A stretch of DNA of 64,000 bases, taken from the NCBI GenBank assembly GCA_002104905.1, contig MCFE01000439.1, forward strand, positions 1 to 64,000, written 5' to 3'. Made by a program: the position numbers and the translations under genes. Below the pieces are notes generated by a model, which was given only the letters and a program-made list of their open reading frames with translations, was not told the DNA's origin and did no database searches. This stretch comes from Basidiobolus meristosporus CBS 931.73. Its lineage: Eukaryota > Fungi > Basidiobolomycota. Within the stretch, counting starts at the first letter, position 1. Each line of letters starts with the position of its first letter. Positions 30,018 to 43,688 of this stretch are shown piece by piece.

Positions 30018-31618
30018 CTACAACGAAGTATCTTCGGCGTCGTAATTCTCATTGAGGAGACGGTACAGGTACGAGGGTGGGTGGCCACCGCTGAATCGCA
30101 GGGTCAGAGAAGCCTGAGTTAGTGATGAGCTAATAATGGGTCACTTACACGTTGGTGATGAACAAGCTGACAAGCTCAGGTGGCACGTAGTCAAAATACG
30201 GGTTAACCAAATCAATTTTGTCAATCAATTCTCCTAGGAAACCAAGTCAGCTAGATACATATTAGACGCAACAATCAGTGCCAACCTTCTTCGTATTGGA
30301 GCACTGGGTTTGGTGAAACGCACATGTTAAGCGTATCTGGGTCGTATGGAAACTGAGGTGAAAGTTTGTACAGGCCCGTGCAAACCGCGACTGGGGTTGA
30401 ATGATGTTTAGCTGCGGTGGCAATTGTCTGACTGCCAGCAACAGCAATGAGTCCTCCATTGGCAAGGACTACGATCGTATATGTAAGAGTTGGTTCACGG
30501 TTTATATGTGCGCGGTCGGAAGAAAGCATACCTGCGTGCGTGCCCAGAATAACCTTATTCACTCTAGAGAGCACGGCGAAAATCGCCGAATCCGGAATCA
30601 CCGTGGTTTCTATACCAGCAGAAGCGAGGGACCGAGCCATCTCATGGCCATGATATCTGTTGGTTCGGGATTAGCCTCTGGATGCCACCTCACAAAACTA
30701 AACCGAGAAATATCACGAACAAGGGTGCTGTTTCCGCTACAATCACTTGGAACTTGCGCTTTTTGGCCGCAGTTTTTAAGAATGTTTCGACCGTTTTTGA
30801 TTTTCCGCAGGTCATAATAATTTCGCTGGCAACCGTATTAGCATCGTGTATATATGCAAAGTGCCATGTGATGTACCAACTTTGAATGGATGTGTTCCAA
30901 CGCCTGTGCCGAAATATTGACATAGATGTTCTCCAGTTCCTCGACTATCTCTTGAATTCCTTGGATGATTTCGGGCTTGAGAGGTGCTGGGAATTAAGAA
31001 CAATACCAATCGTACTCAGTAGTCCATCAAACAGTAGAAGCATAAAAAAGATATTAAAACTATTTGCAGCTTTGGTTGGCTCCTTCTGAAAATCTCCTAA
31101 CAAATTGTACATCGAAGAGGAGGAGGCAAATTGTGGTGCTGGTCTAGGTCCAGACATATGAAATTCGGAATTCTCGCTTTCGTCCGGGGTGGCAAACGCA
31201 TTGTTTTCCTCACGAATAAGACGTAATACTCTTCGAGTAATGTTACCAATGGCGAGCTCTGGTTTGTATCAAAGAGTTAGCATAAGGAATGCGGTATTCA
31301 TTCATCATTTCGTTCTGAACCTTGGGGTTGAGCATCGATTAAACGCTTTCCAACAGTTTTCACAGTTTGAATGAGAACGTCTACACTATTCCAACGGCTA
31401 ATAGAAACCACCTGACGTAGCAATATGGCAGTCTCAACGGACACTTGCCAAGAACCTATCACTTGTCTAGAGTTCATAAAAGGCTTTCATTAAATGGCAT
31501 AGCATAAAGGTAGGTTTTTCTTATTTATCTATGAATAGTTCATGTACCTTCTTTTTAGCCTAGCGATAAAATGGTCTATCTGAGCATTGAGGTCTTTAGG
31601 AGCAATAGTCACAGTCAT
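30018..31618 (-). CDS. GCD7: Translation initiation factor eIF2B beta subunit, multi-exon
   Basis: [110 protein letters not shown]. Confidence 0.93.
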
Positions 31619-31912
31619 GTCTCGAGAAACGGCTCTTCGTTTGCACTTGATAGTAAGCTTCAGTCTTGCTAAAATCAATAATCTTGAGCAAAACTAGGGT
31701 TAGGGGTGAGATGTACAGATTGCCATTTCAAAACCAGGGCATATTCAATGCAACCCCCCTTCCCCAAAGGGTGACCAACACGATTGTAATACTAACTAGT
31801 GTGTGTATGTGTATGTGTATGTTGGCTCTTCATAGTCACTGAAATATTCAAAATTTGGATATAGAACAATCGTCAAAAACGAAATACCATTCTAGACTCT
31901 TCCTTTGCATAA

Positions 31913-33162
31913 ATGTTAACAAACGAGAGCAGGTTCATCAAAGAAGTATGGGCGGAGAATCTAGGTCAGGAAATGGCTTATTTGAGAGACTTGGTTGAAA
32001 AGTATCCTTACCTTGCGATGGTAAATATACCCCCTTCATGTGTTTATTAGATTCTATACTCAATGCCACCAACTTGTGCGTCCGTTGATATTCAGGATAC
32101 AGAGTTCCCTGGAGTTGTGGCTAGACCCATAGGAACATTCAAAAGTTCTGCTGATTATCATTTTCAAACACTAAGATGTAATGTGGATCTCCTTAAATTA
32201 ATTCAGCTGGGAATTACTTTGGCCGATGAGAGAGGAAATTTACCCCCAGGCACTTGCACTTGGCAATTCAATTTTAAGTTTAACCTGAGGTGACTTTGGC
32301 ACAGTATCCCTCTTTTTGCCAACCCCCTAACGAAGTACACTCTCCAGCGACGACATGTACGCTCAAGATTCCATCGATTTACTAACGAAATCTGGAATCG
32401 ACTTCAAGAAACACGAGGAATTTGGAATTGATGTTCACCATTTTGGAGAATTGCTTATCAGCTCTGGCTTTGTGCTTTTTGACGATGTGAAGTGGATATC
32501 TTTTCATAGGTTAGAATACAGTTCACTCTTGAATATTACATGCCGAGCGGCCTCCAAGTCTAACTGATTGCTCTAGCGGCTATGATTTTGGATATCTGTT
32601 GAAGGTCCTCACGTGCAGTCCATTACCTGCAGAAGAGAACGAGTTTTTCGAGCTGCTACGAATCTATTTTCCAAGTATCTACGATATCAAGTACCTCATG
32701 AAAAGTTGCAAAAACTTAAAGGGAGGCTTGCAAGATATTGCCGATGAGCTCCAGGTACACTTCAGTAACCGACAAACTTCCAACCAACGTTCTAAACGCT
32801 ATTCAAGGTTCCTCGAATTGGACCTCAACATCAAGCCGGAAGCGATAGTCTTTTAACGTGCACTACTTTCTTCAAGATGAGACAAATCTTCTTTGATGAT
32901 CATATCGACGACGAGAAATTCCTGTAAGTGGGCTCGCGCTCCATCGGCAATTGTCCTTCTTGACTGATTTGTTTCATACAGTGGACACCTCTATGGCCTT
33001 GGCTCTGGCAATAGTAATAGCAATACTTCCGCCGCACCCAACCCTATGCCTACGCCCGTTGCTGCTGCTTTGACTTTCGGGTCCACAATGCCGGAATTTT
33101 CTAACGGCAAGGCTAATGGAATACTGAATTCAATTTTTGCCAGTGCCGCAACCAGCTCGTAA
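31913..33162 (+). CDS. CAF1: CCR4-NOT deadenylase subunit Caf1/Pop2 (CNOT7/8), 6 exons
   Basis: [76 protein letters not shown]. Confidence 0.96.
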
Positions 33163-33535
33163 ACACACACTGTGCCACTATTTCCTTGTTATCGTGTAAA
33201 GTTAGTTCCATATATACGTATTACTTATGATGCATCTTATTCTATTTGTCATATAGTATTCGCACCTCTCACCTCCCACCTCCCCCCCCCACCAATACCA
33301 CCACCTTTATAATGAACGAGATAATCTCTATTCCTACTTCTCATATAAATAAATGAAGGCCCTTCATTAGATGAAACCAAACCACTCGTAGTTCATTCCA
33401 TTGGAACATATGACGTAGGATTAGGGCTTGGAGCCGGGCAAGCGGATCTGGGGTACATGATTAAAAAATTCTCGTTTCCGACACAATTATATATTCCTGG
33501 CGCAAGCAGCGTCTGTCACCTTAAACTTCCTCAAG

Positions 33536-33784
33536 ATGTCTCAAGAATTCAGTGAACAAGACCAACGCGAATTAGCCCAATTCCTCGAGGGAGAGAATGC
33601 CAAGGCCAAGCTCCAGCAAAGCATTCACACATTCGCTGACCTCTGCTGGGACAAGTGCATCAGCAAGATCGGGAACAAGCTCGACCGTTCTGAAGAAGCC
33701 TGCCTCACCAACTGCGTGGACCGTTTCCTCGACACCTCTCTTTTGATTGTGAAAAACCTGGAGGAGAAGAGAAGCTCCTTCTAG
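33536..33784 (+). CDS. TIM8: Small TIM chaperone Tim8
   Basis: Twin CX3C motifs (LCWDKCI, ACLTNCVDRFLDTS); N-terminal RELAQFLEGENAKAKLQQSIH. Confidence 0.92.
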   Translation: MSQEFSEQDQRELAQFLEGENAKAKLQQSIHTFADLCWDKCISKIGNKLDRSEEACLTNCVDRFLDTSLLIVKNLEEKRSSF

Positions 33785-34268
33785 AGCGGGTTCCCCTCAA
33801 ATTCCATTGTTATCTATCGTGTCATTTCTGAAGGTTCCCTTCTATTGCGGAACCCCTATTCATCAAATCATATCATTCAACCGTGCTTAGTCTGAATATT
33901 CACATTTCCAATAGACATAAAGAAAAGTCCATTTTACTCGATACTCGATTCCTTTGGTTTTAATATTCCTGTGCTCTGCATAAAAAAGTTTCCGACGGCA
34001 CCGCCCTGCGCGTTGCGTCGTGATTGAATCCAGTGATATAAGCTTACTTCACTCCACACCTCAGCCCTCACTCATTACACTCGATGGGAATCCGGTGAGA
34101 GAAAGGATCAGAAAATTTTAGGGGACTACATCGGAGGTCCAATCAGTCCCTAGTTCAAAAATAATTTAGCAGCTGTGCTAGAAGGAAGGAAGATTAAAAG
34201 AAATTTCGGATCTCGCTTTCAGGTTCCTTCTTTTACGTGTGAGGATCGCTCGATTCTTTCTAACAACT

Positions 34269-34958
34269 ATGGGTAGAGTAAGTGCCTGTTTTCTGCTTCA
34301 ATACATCCCCAAGTTTCGGGTGTCTGTCGACATGGAATATCCACAACAGTAGAGGTCCATCCATCCATGGAACCACACGAAACTTGGGATTATGGTCCAT
34401 CCGGTTCATTCAACTCACATCTTTTTATTATTCAAGCTACACGAATACCAAATCATCGGTCGTAAGCTTCCTTCCGAAAAGGAGCCCGTCCCCAGACTCT
34501 TCCGTATGCGCATCTTCGCCCCTAACGAAGTTGTCGCCAAGAGCCGCTTCTGGTACTTCTTGACCAAGCTCAAGAAGGTCAAGAAGGCCGCTGGTGAAAT
34601 CGTTTCCCTCAACGAGATCTTCGAGAAGAACCCCTTGAAGATCAAGACCTTCGGTATCTGGCTCCGTTACGACTCTCGCTCTGGTACCCACAACATGTAC
34701 AAGGAGTACCGTGAATTGACCCGTAACGACGCCGTCGAGGCTTGCTATCAAGATATGGCTGCCCGTCACCGTGCCCGCTTCAGATCCATCCAGATCATCC
34801 GTGTTGCTGAAGTTGCCAACGCTGACGTCCGTCGTCCTTACATTAAGCAACTCATGGTGCCCAAGCTTCGCTTCCCTCTTCCTCATCGTGTTGCTCGCCC
34901 TGCTGACAAGGCTAACCGCAGCCTCTTCATTGCTAAGCGCCCTTCTACCTTCTACTAA
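34269..34958 (+). CDS. RPL20: 60S ribosomal protein eL20 (L18a), intron 34278-34436
   Basis: MGR|[12 protein letters not shown]...[20 protein letters not shown]...[20 protein letters not shown]...[12 protein letters not shown]. Confidence 0.97.
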
Positions 34959-35417
34959 GCGATTTACTCGCGGCATCTCGTTGCTGAATAGTGGCATTTG
35001 TGCCAGACAATAAACACAACCTGTTTTGTAGTCGACATCTTTACCATTCTCAAAACCATCGTGGCTAGTGTAGTGACAAAAGAAACGTTTATTGAAGCGT
35101 GAAATACTAGAAATGGTCAAGCAAGCTAAATCAGCACAGGTGTGTGTAAGTGTGGATCAAACTGGAAGCCGCGAGATGTACATCGTCTGGTCCAATGAAA
35201 TCATCATCTTTCTAAAGGTAAAGAAATGCCTAACTACGAGGATAATTTAGACGGAACGGGTTCACAAAATACGCTTGTATATTCTATCATAAATAGTCAC
35301 GAAGTACGGGTTAACGAATGAATCCAAGTAATTTATGTACAGATAAATGAAGATTTGCCTTGTAGGCGATCGCTATAGAAACCAGGAACAGTTGGAACCC
35401 AACCACTTCTATAGTCG

Positions 35418-38133
35418 CTAACGCTTCCAAGAGCGTTCTACATCTTCCTCATCTTCCTCTTCATACGGATCTTGCAAGTTGCCTGTGTTTACACCCTCCT
35501 CGAGTGGTTGTGGCTGTTTGGCGGGCTTCACCTGTGATGGCGCGGGTTTGGTATCATAATCCCAAGATAACTCCACATCCGCTAAGGGTCCGGTTTTGGC
35601 ACTTTTCAATGCCTGGCAAATGAGAAGTTAGCAAACCATACTATTGTGCAAATTTATGGTGGTGACATACCTGTTCGGCGCCGGCTCTGGTTTTGAATTG
35701 GACCACGGCCGTTTGAGATTCTGCGTTGAGATTCGCAAACTCCACCTCCCCATAGCTTTCTAGCGCTCCCTTCAATTCTTCAGTTGATAGAGAGGGCACG
35801 TTCTTGATCAGAATCTTTGAGCGATTATCCAATTTGAGTGAGCGACGAGGCCACCCCCCATGGGCAATTCTACCCCGGAAGCCGCCTCTGCCACCGCGAG
35901 ATGAAGGAATCTCGACCCCAAGAGATGCTGCCTCAGCTTTCAAGCTCTCAACCTTGGCACGAAGCGCCGCAGACTTATCGGAGTTGTCTTCACTCTCATT
36001 CAGCTGGCTCAAAGAGTCCAATTCTCTATCAAGCCGCTCTTTTTCCTTTTCGGCCATGACGTTTTTGGGAGGGGCGATATGCTTTTTCAACAGCGGATCC
36101 TTGGCGGCAGATTGAAGCGCCTCTTTGATGGATTCGGAGATCTGGTTGAGTCGGTTTAAAATCTCTCTACGAGCCTCAGGGCTGATATTCTTTCCTTTGG
36201 ATAGCTGCTCCATCAAGAGTTTCTGCTGCTCAATCTGCTTCTGTACCAACTGCTCTTTCTGCTTCTGAATTTCGAGCATCATCTTCAAGTGCTCCTGATG
36301 CTTCTTGGCTTTTTCGGCCATCTTTGTTTGCTCAGGAGTGTTGGGGGATGAGATGGGTTCGGTCTGAACGGAGGGCGCTGTCCATTTGTTGGATGGGGCC
36401 GGCTCAGCAGGGGCGCTGCTAATGTCATCTCCGTCGTTCTTGTGCCAGTAAACTTTTACAAACCGGTTATCAAAAATGGGTTCTGGGGAGTTGTATGCTT
36501 TGTAGGCTTCGGAGTTGGAGCTGAACTGAACCACTGCTTTATGGCCGTGGAAGTCGAGGTTGATGTTTGTCACGACGCCAAACTTCTTGAAGAAGTCATT
36601 CACTTTGTCAATGGTGCAGAATTCGTGAGGGATGTTCTCCACCACCAATGAGGTTTTGGTGTGTGGGTTAGGGTTGGCACCGTATCTGTTGCCCATACCA
36701 CGTCCTCTACCTCCTCTGCCACGTCCACGTCCTCTATTGTTTGGCCAGGGATTGTCCATCATGGGAATATCGCCTGCTCTATTGTCGGGACCATCTCCCA
36801 TTGGCACCCTCGAGTTGGGTCCGTTGAAATCGGCACGCTCGGGGTCGTAAGCCTCAGGGCCGCCAGGCATACCTCTAGGACCTAGGTTGGATTAAATGGA
36901 ACAGTTAAGTAAACCGATGTGTTTGAAGGGAGCACTCCATAACATGCAAAATTAATAGATTCATACCATTGAACTCGGGACGTTGCTGATTCCGTTTCCC
37001 GCCCATGAAGTAAGGTGGTCTGTTTGTGTTTGAGCCCATCATGTTGACGGGGCCGCCAAGGGGGGGTCCGTTTATGGGAGGACGAGGCATATCAAATGGA
37101 CCCCGCTTCATCACCGGATCATCCACCACGATTCTGTCAACGCCATGGTCATAGGGACACAAATCACCCCGCATACAGTATCCCTTCTCTTTGAAAAGGT
37201 TAGATTGTTGGCTGCGGAATTAGCGATGGAGAATTATGCAACAAACCATCGTAGTCGCGGCACCGCTGTCTTCTAGGGCGTTGATCGCCAAATCCACCCC
37301 TACCACCTCTGCCTCCGCGTCTACCGGAATTCCACTCATTATAATTATCACGGGAGGAGTTGAAATTATGGGAATTTTGCGGAGGGAGAGTGGATGTCCG
37401 GTCATGTGGATAATCGCCTGCGCTCTTACCGACTTTGCTACGCGAGTCCTCTGGGTATCCACCTCTATTTCTGGCGTGGTTGGAGGAGTCTTGATTCTCT
37501 AGCTCTGATTTGACCCTCTTGTGCTCGTTCTCCTCGGCCGAATCTTCTCTCCTGGTTCTTTTGAAATTTCTATCGCCATCATCGTCCGAGCCCTCACTTT
37601 CCTCGTTCGGTGGTTGGGTCGCGGACTCCTGGTTAGTAAACTCCTCTAAGAAAAAGTGGGACAGAGATTAGTTGGTCGAAGGACAAGCGTGGTTGGTGGG
37701 GCGGTTTTCAGAACCCAACTGAGGGACACGTTGCTTACCCGAATTGCTTGGTTGGCCCGTTTTAAACGAATCGAAAAGCTTATTCACGAATCCTTCGGTT
37801 TCTGGAATAAAGAGAGGTCGGTGGGAAAGTTCAGGATAACTTGATGAGCGTGTGTTGACTTACCATCTGCCAAGAAATCCCCCAGCTGTTCCAAGCAGAA
37901 GGCCTTCAATTCACTCTCGGGTTTGTCGTGTTGCAAAAGTGCGATAACATAATCAGCAAGCACGGGTGGATCTGCATCACAACTACAACAAAAGTCAAGG
38001 AAACTAACGTTCGTTCAAGAAGAGAGTCTAAAGTAGACACGATCGTGATATTAGACCACAAAGGATACATTGGCTCCAGTTCCGCAATCAACTGATCCCT
38101 CAGCTTCGCTAACTCAGTATCATCAAACAACAT
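35418..38133 (-). CDS. RBM26/RBM27-like protein (PWI-like N-terminus, CCCH finger, RRMs, coiled coil)
   Basis: MLFDDTELAKLRDQLIAELEP...DADPPVLADYVIALL, CRDYDGLRCIISIAKFR region with RGDLCPYDHG, RRM LVVENIPHEFCTIDKVNDFFKKFG...FDNRFVKVYWH. Confidence 0.85.
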
Positions 38134-38563
38134 GTTGACCTGCTATAGTTGATGACAGAGGTTGAAAGGGTAAAAAAAAGATGAGTTGCAACCTCGCGAA
38201 TACTCCATCTTGAGGAATCCATTTTATTCATCATTTGATCAACCTAATTTGACCGCGTACATGATACTCGTGAAATTCTTCAGAGGAATAATATTTTTTT
38301 ATACAATCCATGGAATTTATCATCGTCTGGTGGGAATCCCGATAATTTCGCAGCCATGGCTGTACCTCACCATGAATTACACCGGTTCCCTCGAAAATTC
38401 CCCTCAGAGCAAGACCAATGTTCCCTTAGGTAATCAAAGAATCTAAAACAAAATCATGGATTTTTTCCGCTCATTTGGATTTGCCTAGTGGTGATTCTTG
38501 AAAAGTCCTGTACTCGTAGTTTAACCTGATTACCGTCAACCAAGTGATAGACTTGAAGCAAAT

Positions 38564-41500
38564 ATGTTTCTGTATAATGTCACCCTACAGGAAGCCACGG
38601 CAATCAACCAAGCAATCCTTGGAAACTTCTCCGGAACAAAGCAGCAGGAGATCATAATCGCGCGTAACACTAGATTGGTGTTGTTACGCCCTGATCCCAG
38701 TAGCGGGAAAGTGAACACAGTTTTGTCGTATGAGGTGTTCGGAGTCATTCGTTCCTTGAGTCCTTTCCGCCTGACCGGTGGATCCAAAGGTACCGAGTTG
38801 TCCGCCAATCTGGCTCTGCCTTCTGGAAACTAACTCGCCTTCCTAGATTATGTCGTGGCGGGAACCGATTCTGGTCGTGTTGTAATCTTGGAGTATAATC
38901 CAACCAAGAACTGCTTTGAAAAAGTTCATCAGGAGACCTACGGAAAGACGGGCTGTCGTCGTGTTGTCCCAGGGCAATACTTGGCGACGGATCCTAAGGG
39001 AAGAGCAGTCATGATCGGTATATGTTTTTAAAGTATACCTCCTTTTTCCGTGGGTTCATTTGCTAATGTTTTCAAAGGGGCTGTCGAGAAACAAAAGCTA
39101 GTTTACATTCTCAATCGTGACTCTGCTGCGCGCTTGACCATTTCCTCTCCCTTGGAAGCACATAAGTCACATACGATCATGTTTGGATGTGTTGGTGTAG
39201 ATGTTGGATTCGAGAACCCTATATTTGCATGCATTGAGGTTGACTATGGTGATGCTGACGAGGATCCTAGTGGCGAGGCATTCAAGAGTATCGAAAAGGC
39301 AAGTCTGCTTTTTGTTTTAATGGGAGCCGCGAAAACAACTGCTAATCATGTATAACCAGATGCTCACTTACTATGAGCTGGACCTTGGTCTCAATCATGT
39401 TGTTAGGAAGTGGAGCGAGCCAATCGACCATAAATCCAACCTCTTAGTCCCAGGTTTGTTGCTATGCATTCCGTACATATAGTTGCACTCATTGAAAAAC
39501 CTCGCATTAGTTCCTGGCGGCACTGATGGTCCTTCTGGAGTATTGGTTTGTAGCGAGAATTTCATCACATACAAACATCAAGGCTCGGCCGAGCATCGTG
39601 TACCTATCCCAAGGCGGGAAAATCCATTGGAAGACAAGCAACGTGGTTTAATCATTGTTGCCGGCGCTGTGCACAAGATGAAGGTTTTTTGATATCTTTG
39701 CTATCCAAAAATACTGCTCCGATTGCTCACCACTTGTCATCTCTCTTAGAATGCATTCTTCATCCTGTTGCAGAGTGAGGCGGGTGATCTGTACAAGATC
39801 AGCATAGATTATGAGGATGATGTCGTGCAGGCCATCAGAATCAAATACTTTGACACCGTCCCGGTTGCCGCTGGCCTCTGTATACTCAAGTCTGGTTTCT
39901 TGTTTGTGGCTGCTGAGTTCGGAAATCAGTAAGTATTTGTATACTCTGAGCTTGGCCCCTCCCTTTCGTGAACTTACGTGGTGCGTTTAGTTATTTGTAC
40001 CAGTTTGAGAAATTGGGCGACGACGACGATGAAGTTGAGTACTCCAGTGCAGATATGAGCATCGCTGAGGAGTCCATGGTCTATTTCCGCCCACACGAAC
40101 TTACTAATTTGCACATGGTCGATGAAATGGAGAGCACTTGCCCGATTATTGAAGCAAAGGTAGGAGAGATTGCCACTGCAGTGTTTGTCATCATGTACTG
40201 TCGACTCACCACCGTGCCGATCTCCAGATCCTTAATCTGGCCGAAGAGGATACTCCCCAAATTTATGCACTTACCGGCAGAGGAAGTCGATCCTCATTGA
40301 AGATCCTTCGCCACGGACTTGAGGTGTCGGAAATGGCTGTTTCCGAGCTCCCTGGTAATCCAAATGCGATCTGGACCACGAAGTTGACTGCTTCAGGTAA
40401 GGGGACACTGGCGTCGGGCGGAAGTGTTTCAGCTAAACTGAATTCTCTACCCATTAGATGAGTATGATTCGTACATGGTGGTTTCCTTTGTCAATGACAC
40501 ATTGGTTCTTTCGATTGGGGATACTGTCGAGGAAGTGACTGACACCGGATTTATTAACAATACCCCAACTATCTGCGTTCAACAAATGGGAAGGGATTCG
40601 ATTGTTCAGGTAGGCGATTCGAAGCGGGCGCTTGTATATTCCATAGAGTCTGACATTCTGTTGCTAGATTTATCCCCAAGGCATTCGCCACATCCGTGCT
40701 GACAAGCGAGTAAATGAATGGCAAGCACCTAAAGGCCGCACCATTATCCAGGCTACCGCAAATAATCGCCAGGTACTTACTATTACTTGTGTTTTCACGC
40801 TTTGTTCCGGTGGTTGAACATCATCGATTGTGTAGGTGATCATTGCGTTGTCCAGTGGCGAGATCATTTATTTCGAGTTAGACAATGTCGGCCAACTAAA
40901 TGAATACCAAGAGCGCCAAGAGATGCATTCCTCCGTTACTTGCTTGAACGTTGGCCCTGTACCCGAAGGGAGACAAAGAAGCAAATTTTTGGTTAGTGGC
41001 GGATTTGCGCATAATCTAGCAATATTGGCGGAGGGTCTAACACAACCCGTGGTAATCTAGGCTGTAGGCTGCCAAGATAATACTGTCCGAATCATTTCTC
41101 TTGATCCAGATAACTGTCTAGAGACTCTCAGTATGCAGGTTCGTCATTTCCGCAAGAACCTTTTCCATCTATCATCTTGGGCTAAGCTTAGTTTAGGCCG
41201 TTACTGCTACTCCTGAATCACTGGCTATTATTGAGATGATTGACCAAGATGCGGATCGTAGTCATGGCACTTTGTATCTTAATATTGGCTTGCAAAACGG
41301 TGTCCTCCTTCGTACTCTTCTCGACAGTGTCACTGGCCTCCTGTCCGATACCAGAACAAGGTTTGATGATTTTGTATTCCGCCTGCGAGTTCGACCATTC
41401 TAACTAAATATCCGCAGATTTTTGGGTTCTCGTCCAGTCAAGTTGTTCCGGACGCAAATTCAAGGCATGCCTGCAGTGCTAGCCTTATCTAGTAGACCCT

Positions 41501-43383
41501 GGCTCAGCTACACCTTCCAATCTAGAAACAGATTGACCCCATTATCGTATCCTTTTCGCATATTTTTTTGGGCGCATCCTGGTATGTCCGTTGTCTCCTT
41601 AACATAACACATCTTAGATATGAATCCTTGGAATATGGTTCTGGCTTTTGTTCCGAACAATGCTCAGAGGGAATAGTTGCCATCTCCTCCAACACACTCC
41701 GAATCTTAACTGTGGAGAAGCTTGGGGACGTATTCAACCAGCTCTCCATCCCTCTCCAATACACACCTCGTCGATTTGTTGTCCATCCCAGCTCTAGAAA
41801 CTTCGTAATCATCGAGTCCGAGCACAACACTTACTCCCCTTCGGAGCAGAAAAAGCTCTTTGAGAAGAAGGTAAATTTGCTGGCGTATTGTTTCCCGACT
41901 TTTTCGTCGGTCAACTAATCCATGTGGTCAGGGTTTGGATCCCAACACCGAACTAAGCAATCTACCGGTCGATGTCTACGGTCATCCCAAAGCGGTCCCC
42001 GGAAAATGGGCCTCCTGCATTCGCTTGCTGAATCCTTTCCAAGTAAGTTGCAGTATATATAAAGCCGTAGCCCAGTTGCCGTTGCTGAGCTGCTGATTTT
42101 TTTAGGGAGATACTCTTTCGTTGATTGAGCTTGAAGATAATGAGGCAGCCTTTAGGTAGGCCGGATTACTGTTCAGAGTGAATCAACAACTCTAACAACT
42201 TGATCTTCATCTAGCATGACGACTCTGGTATTCCACTCGAACCCTCAAGAGCTTTGCCTTGCGGTCGGTACTGCCAAGGATGTCACACTTGCCCCGAGAA
42301 CATGCTCTGCTGCATTCATTCATTTATACAAGTTTGCCGAAGACGGACAGTCATTGGAGTTGGTCCACAAGGTATGTCGATAAATTTGAGGCGGATTCCA
42401 AGTTGAACCGCCAGCTAATGATTCATGCTAGACTCCTGTGGACGAGATCCCCCTGGCATTGCTTGGATTCCAGGGACGCTTGCTTGCTGGTGTAGGAAAG
42501 GCGCTTAGAATCTATGATCTTGGAAAGAAGAAACTTCTTCGTAAATGCCAAACCAAGGTAATTAAGTATTGCCACCGCGAGCATGCAATGCTAATGTGCT
42601 AACATACACATGCCAGTCTATTCCCAGATGCATCGTAAATCTTCACACCCAGGGTAGCCGTATCATCATCTGTGATATCCAAGAGTCAGTTCACTACGCC
42701 ACCTACAAAGCCAGAGAGAATCAGATCATCATCTTTGCGGATGACACCTCCCCCAAGTGGTTGACCGCGACCACAATGATCGATTACGACACTGTTGCAG
42801 GTGGCGACAAGTTCGGTAACTTCTTTATCGAACGCTTGCCTCAGAGTATCAGCCAAGATGTAGACGACGACCCATCCGGAAACAAGGTTATTTCAGAGAG
42901 AGGCAACGTCTACGGTGCTCCATATAAGGTTTCATGTATAGCACACTACTACGTAGGCGACTCATTATCCTCGATTCAAAGAGCCACCCTCGTCTCTGGG
43001 GGACGCGAAATCCTTGTATATACCACACTTCTCGGAGGGGTTGGAGCATTCATACCTTTCATGACCAGGGACGATGTCGAGTTCTTCCAAAACTTGGAAA
43101 TGCACATGCGTAGCGAGAACCCACCCTTGTGCGGTCGCGATCATCTCGCATATAGAAGCTTCTACGCCCCAGTCAAGGTAAAGTACCAAGATCGTCACTT
43201 TTTGACGACAATCCCAGGGCTGACCGAATCGTTTGTTTGTAGAGCGTTATTGATGGAGACCTATGCGAGCAGTATAACCTCCTTCCGCCTGAGAAGAAGC
43301 GCTACATCGCTGAAGAGTTGGACCGGACACCGGCGGAAATCGCGAAGAAATTGGAGGATATTAGAACGATGGTAGCATTCTAA
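38564..43383 (+). CDS. RSE1: Splicing factor 3B subunit 3 (Rse1/SAP130), many exons
   Basis: [96 protein letters not shown]; GC-AG intron at 39299-39359. Confidence 0.97.
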
Positions 43384-43688
43384 TCGACTGGGATTGCCAC
43401 AAATATTCCGAAGAAATATCACATGTAGAGTCCAGATATAATATCTCGTAGTAACTCGCGGCGGAACTTTAGAAATAACATCCTTCGACATTGTCCATTT
43501 TTATTACCTTCTTCAAGTGGTTCGTGACTTCTCAATAGTAGAGAATAAAAGTATTTTAAACATACGGGTTTGGGATATTGTGGGTGCCACTCTTTGAACA
43601 AGAGAGCCTTGGCAACGTATTTATTATTTACATGTTTGATGGATCGTGCACAACGTTGAAACATAGAAACAATAAAGTCTAGCTTGTT

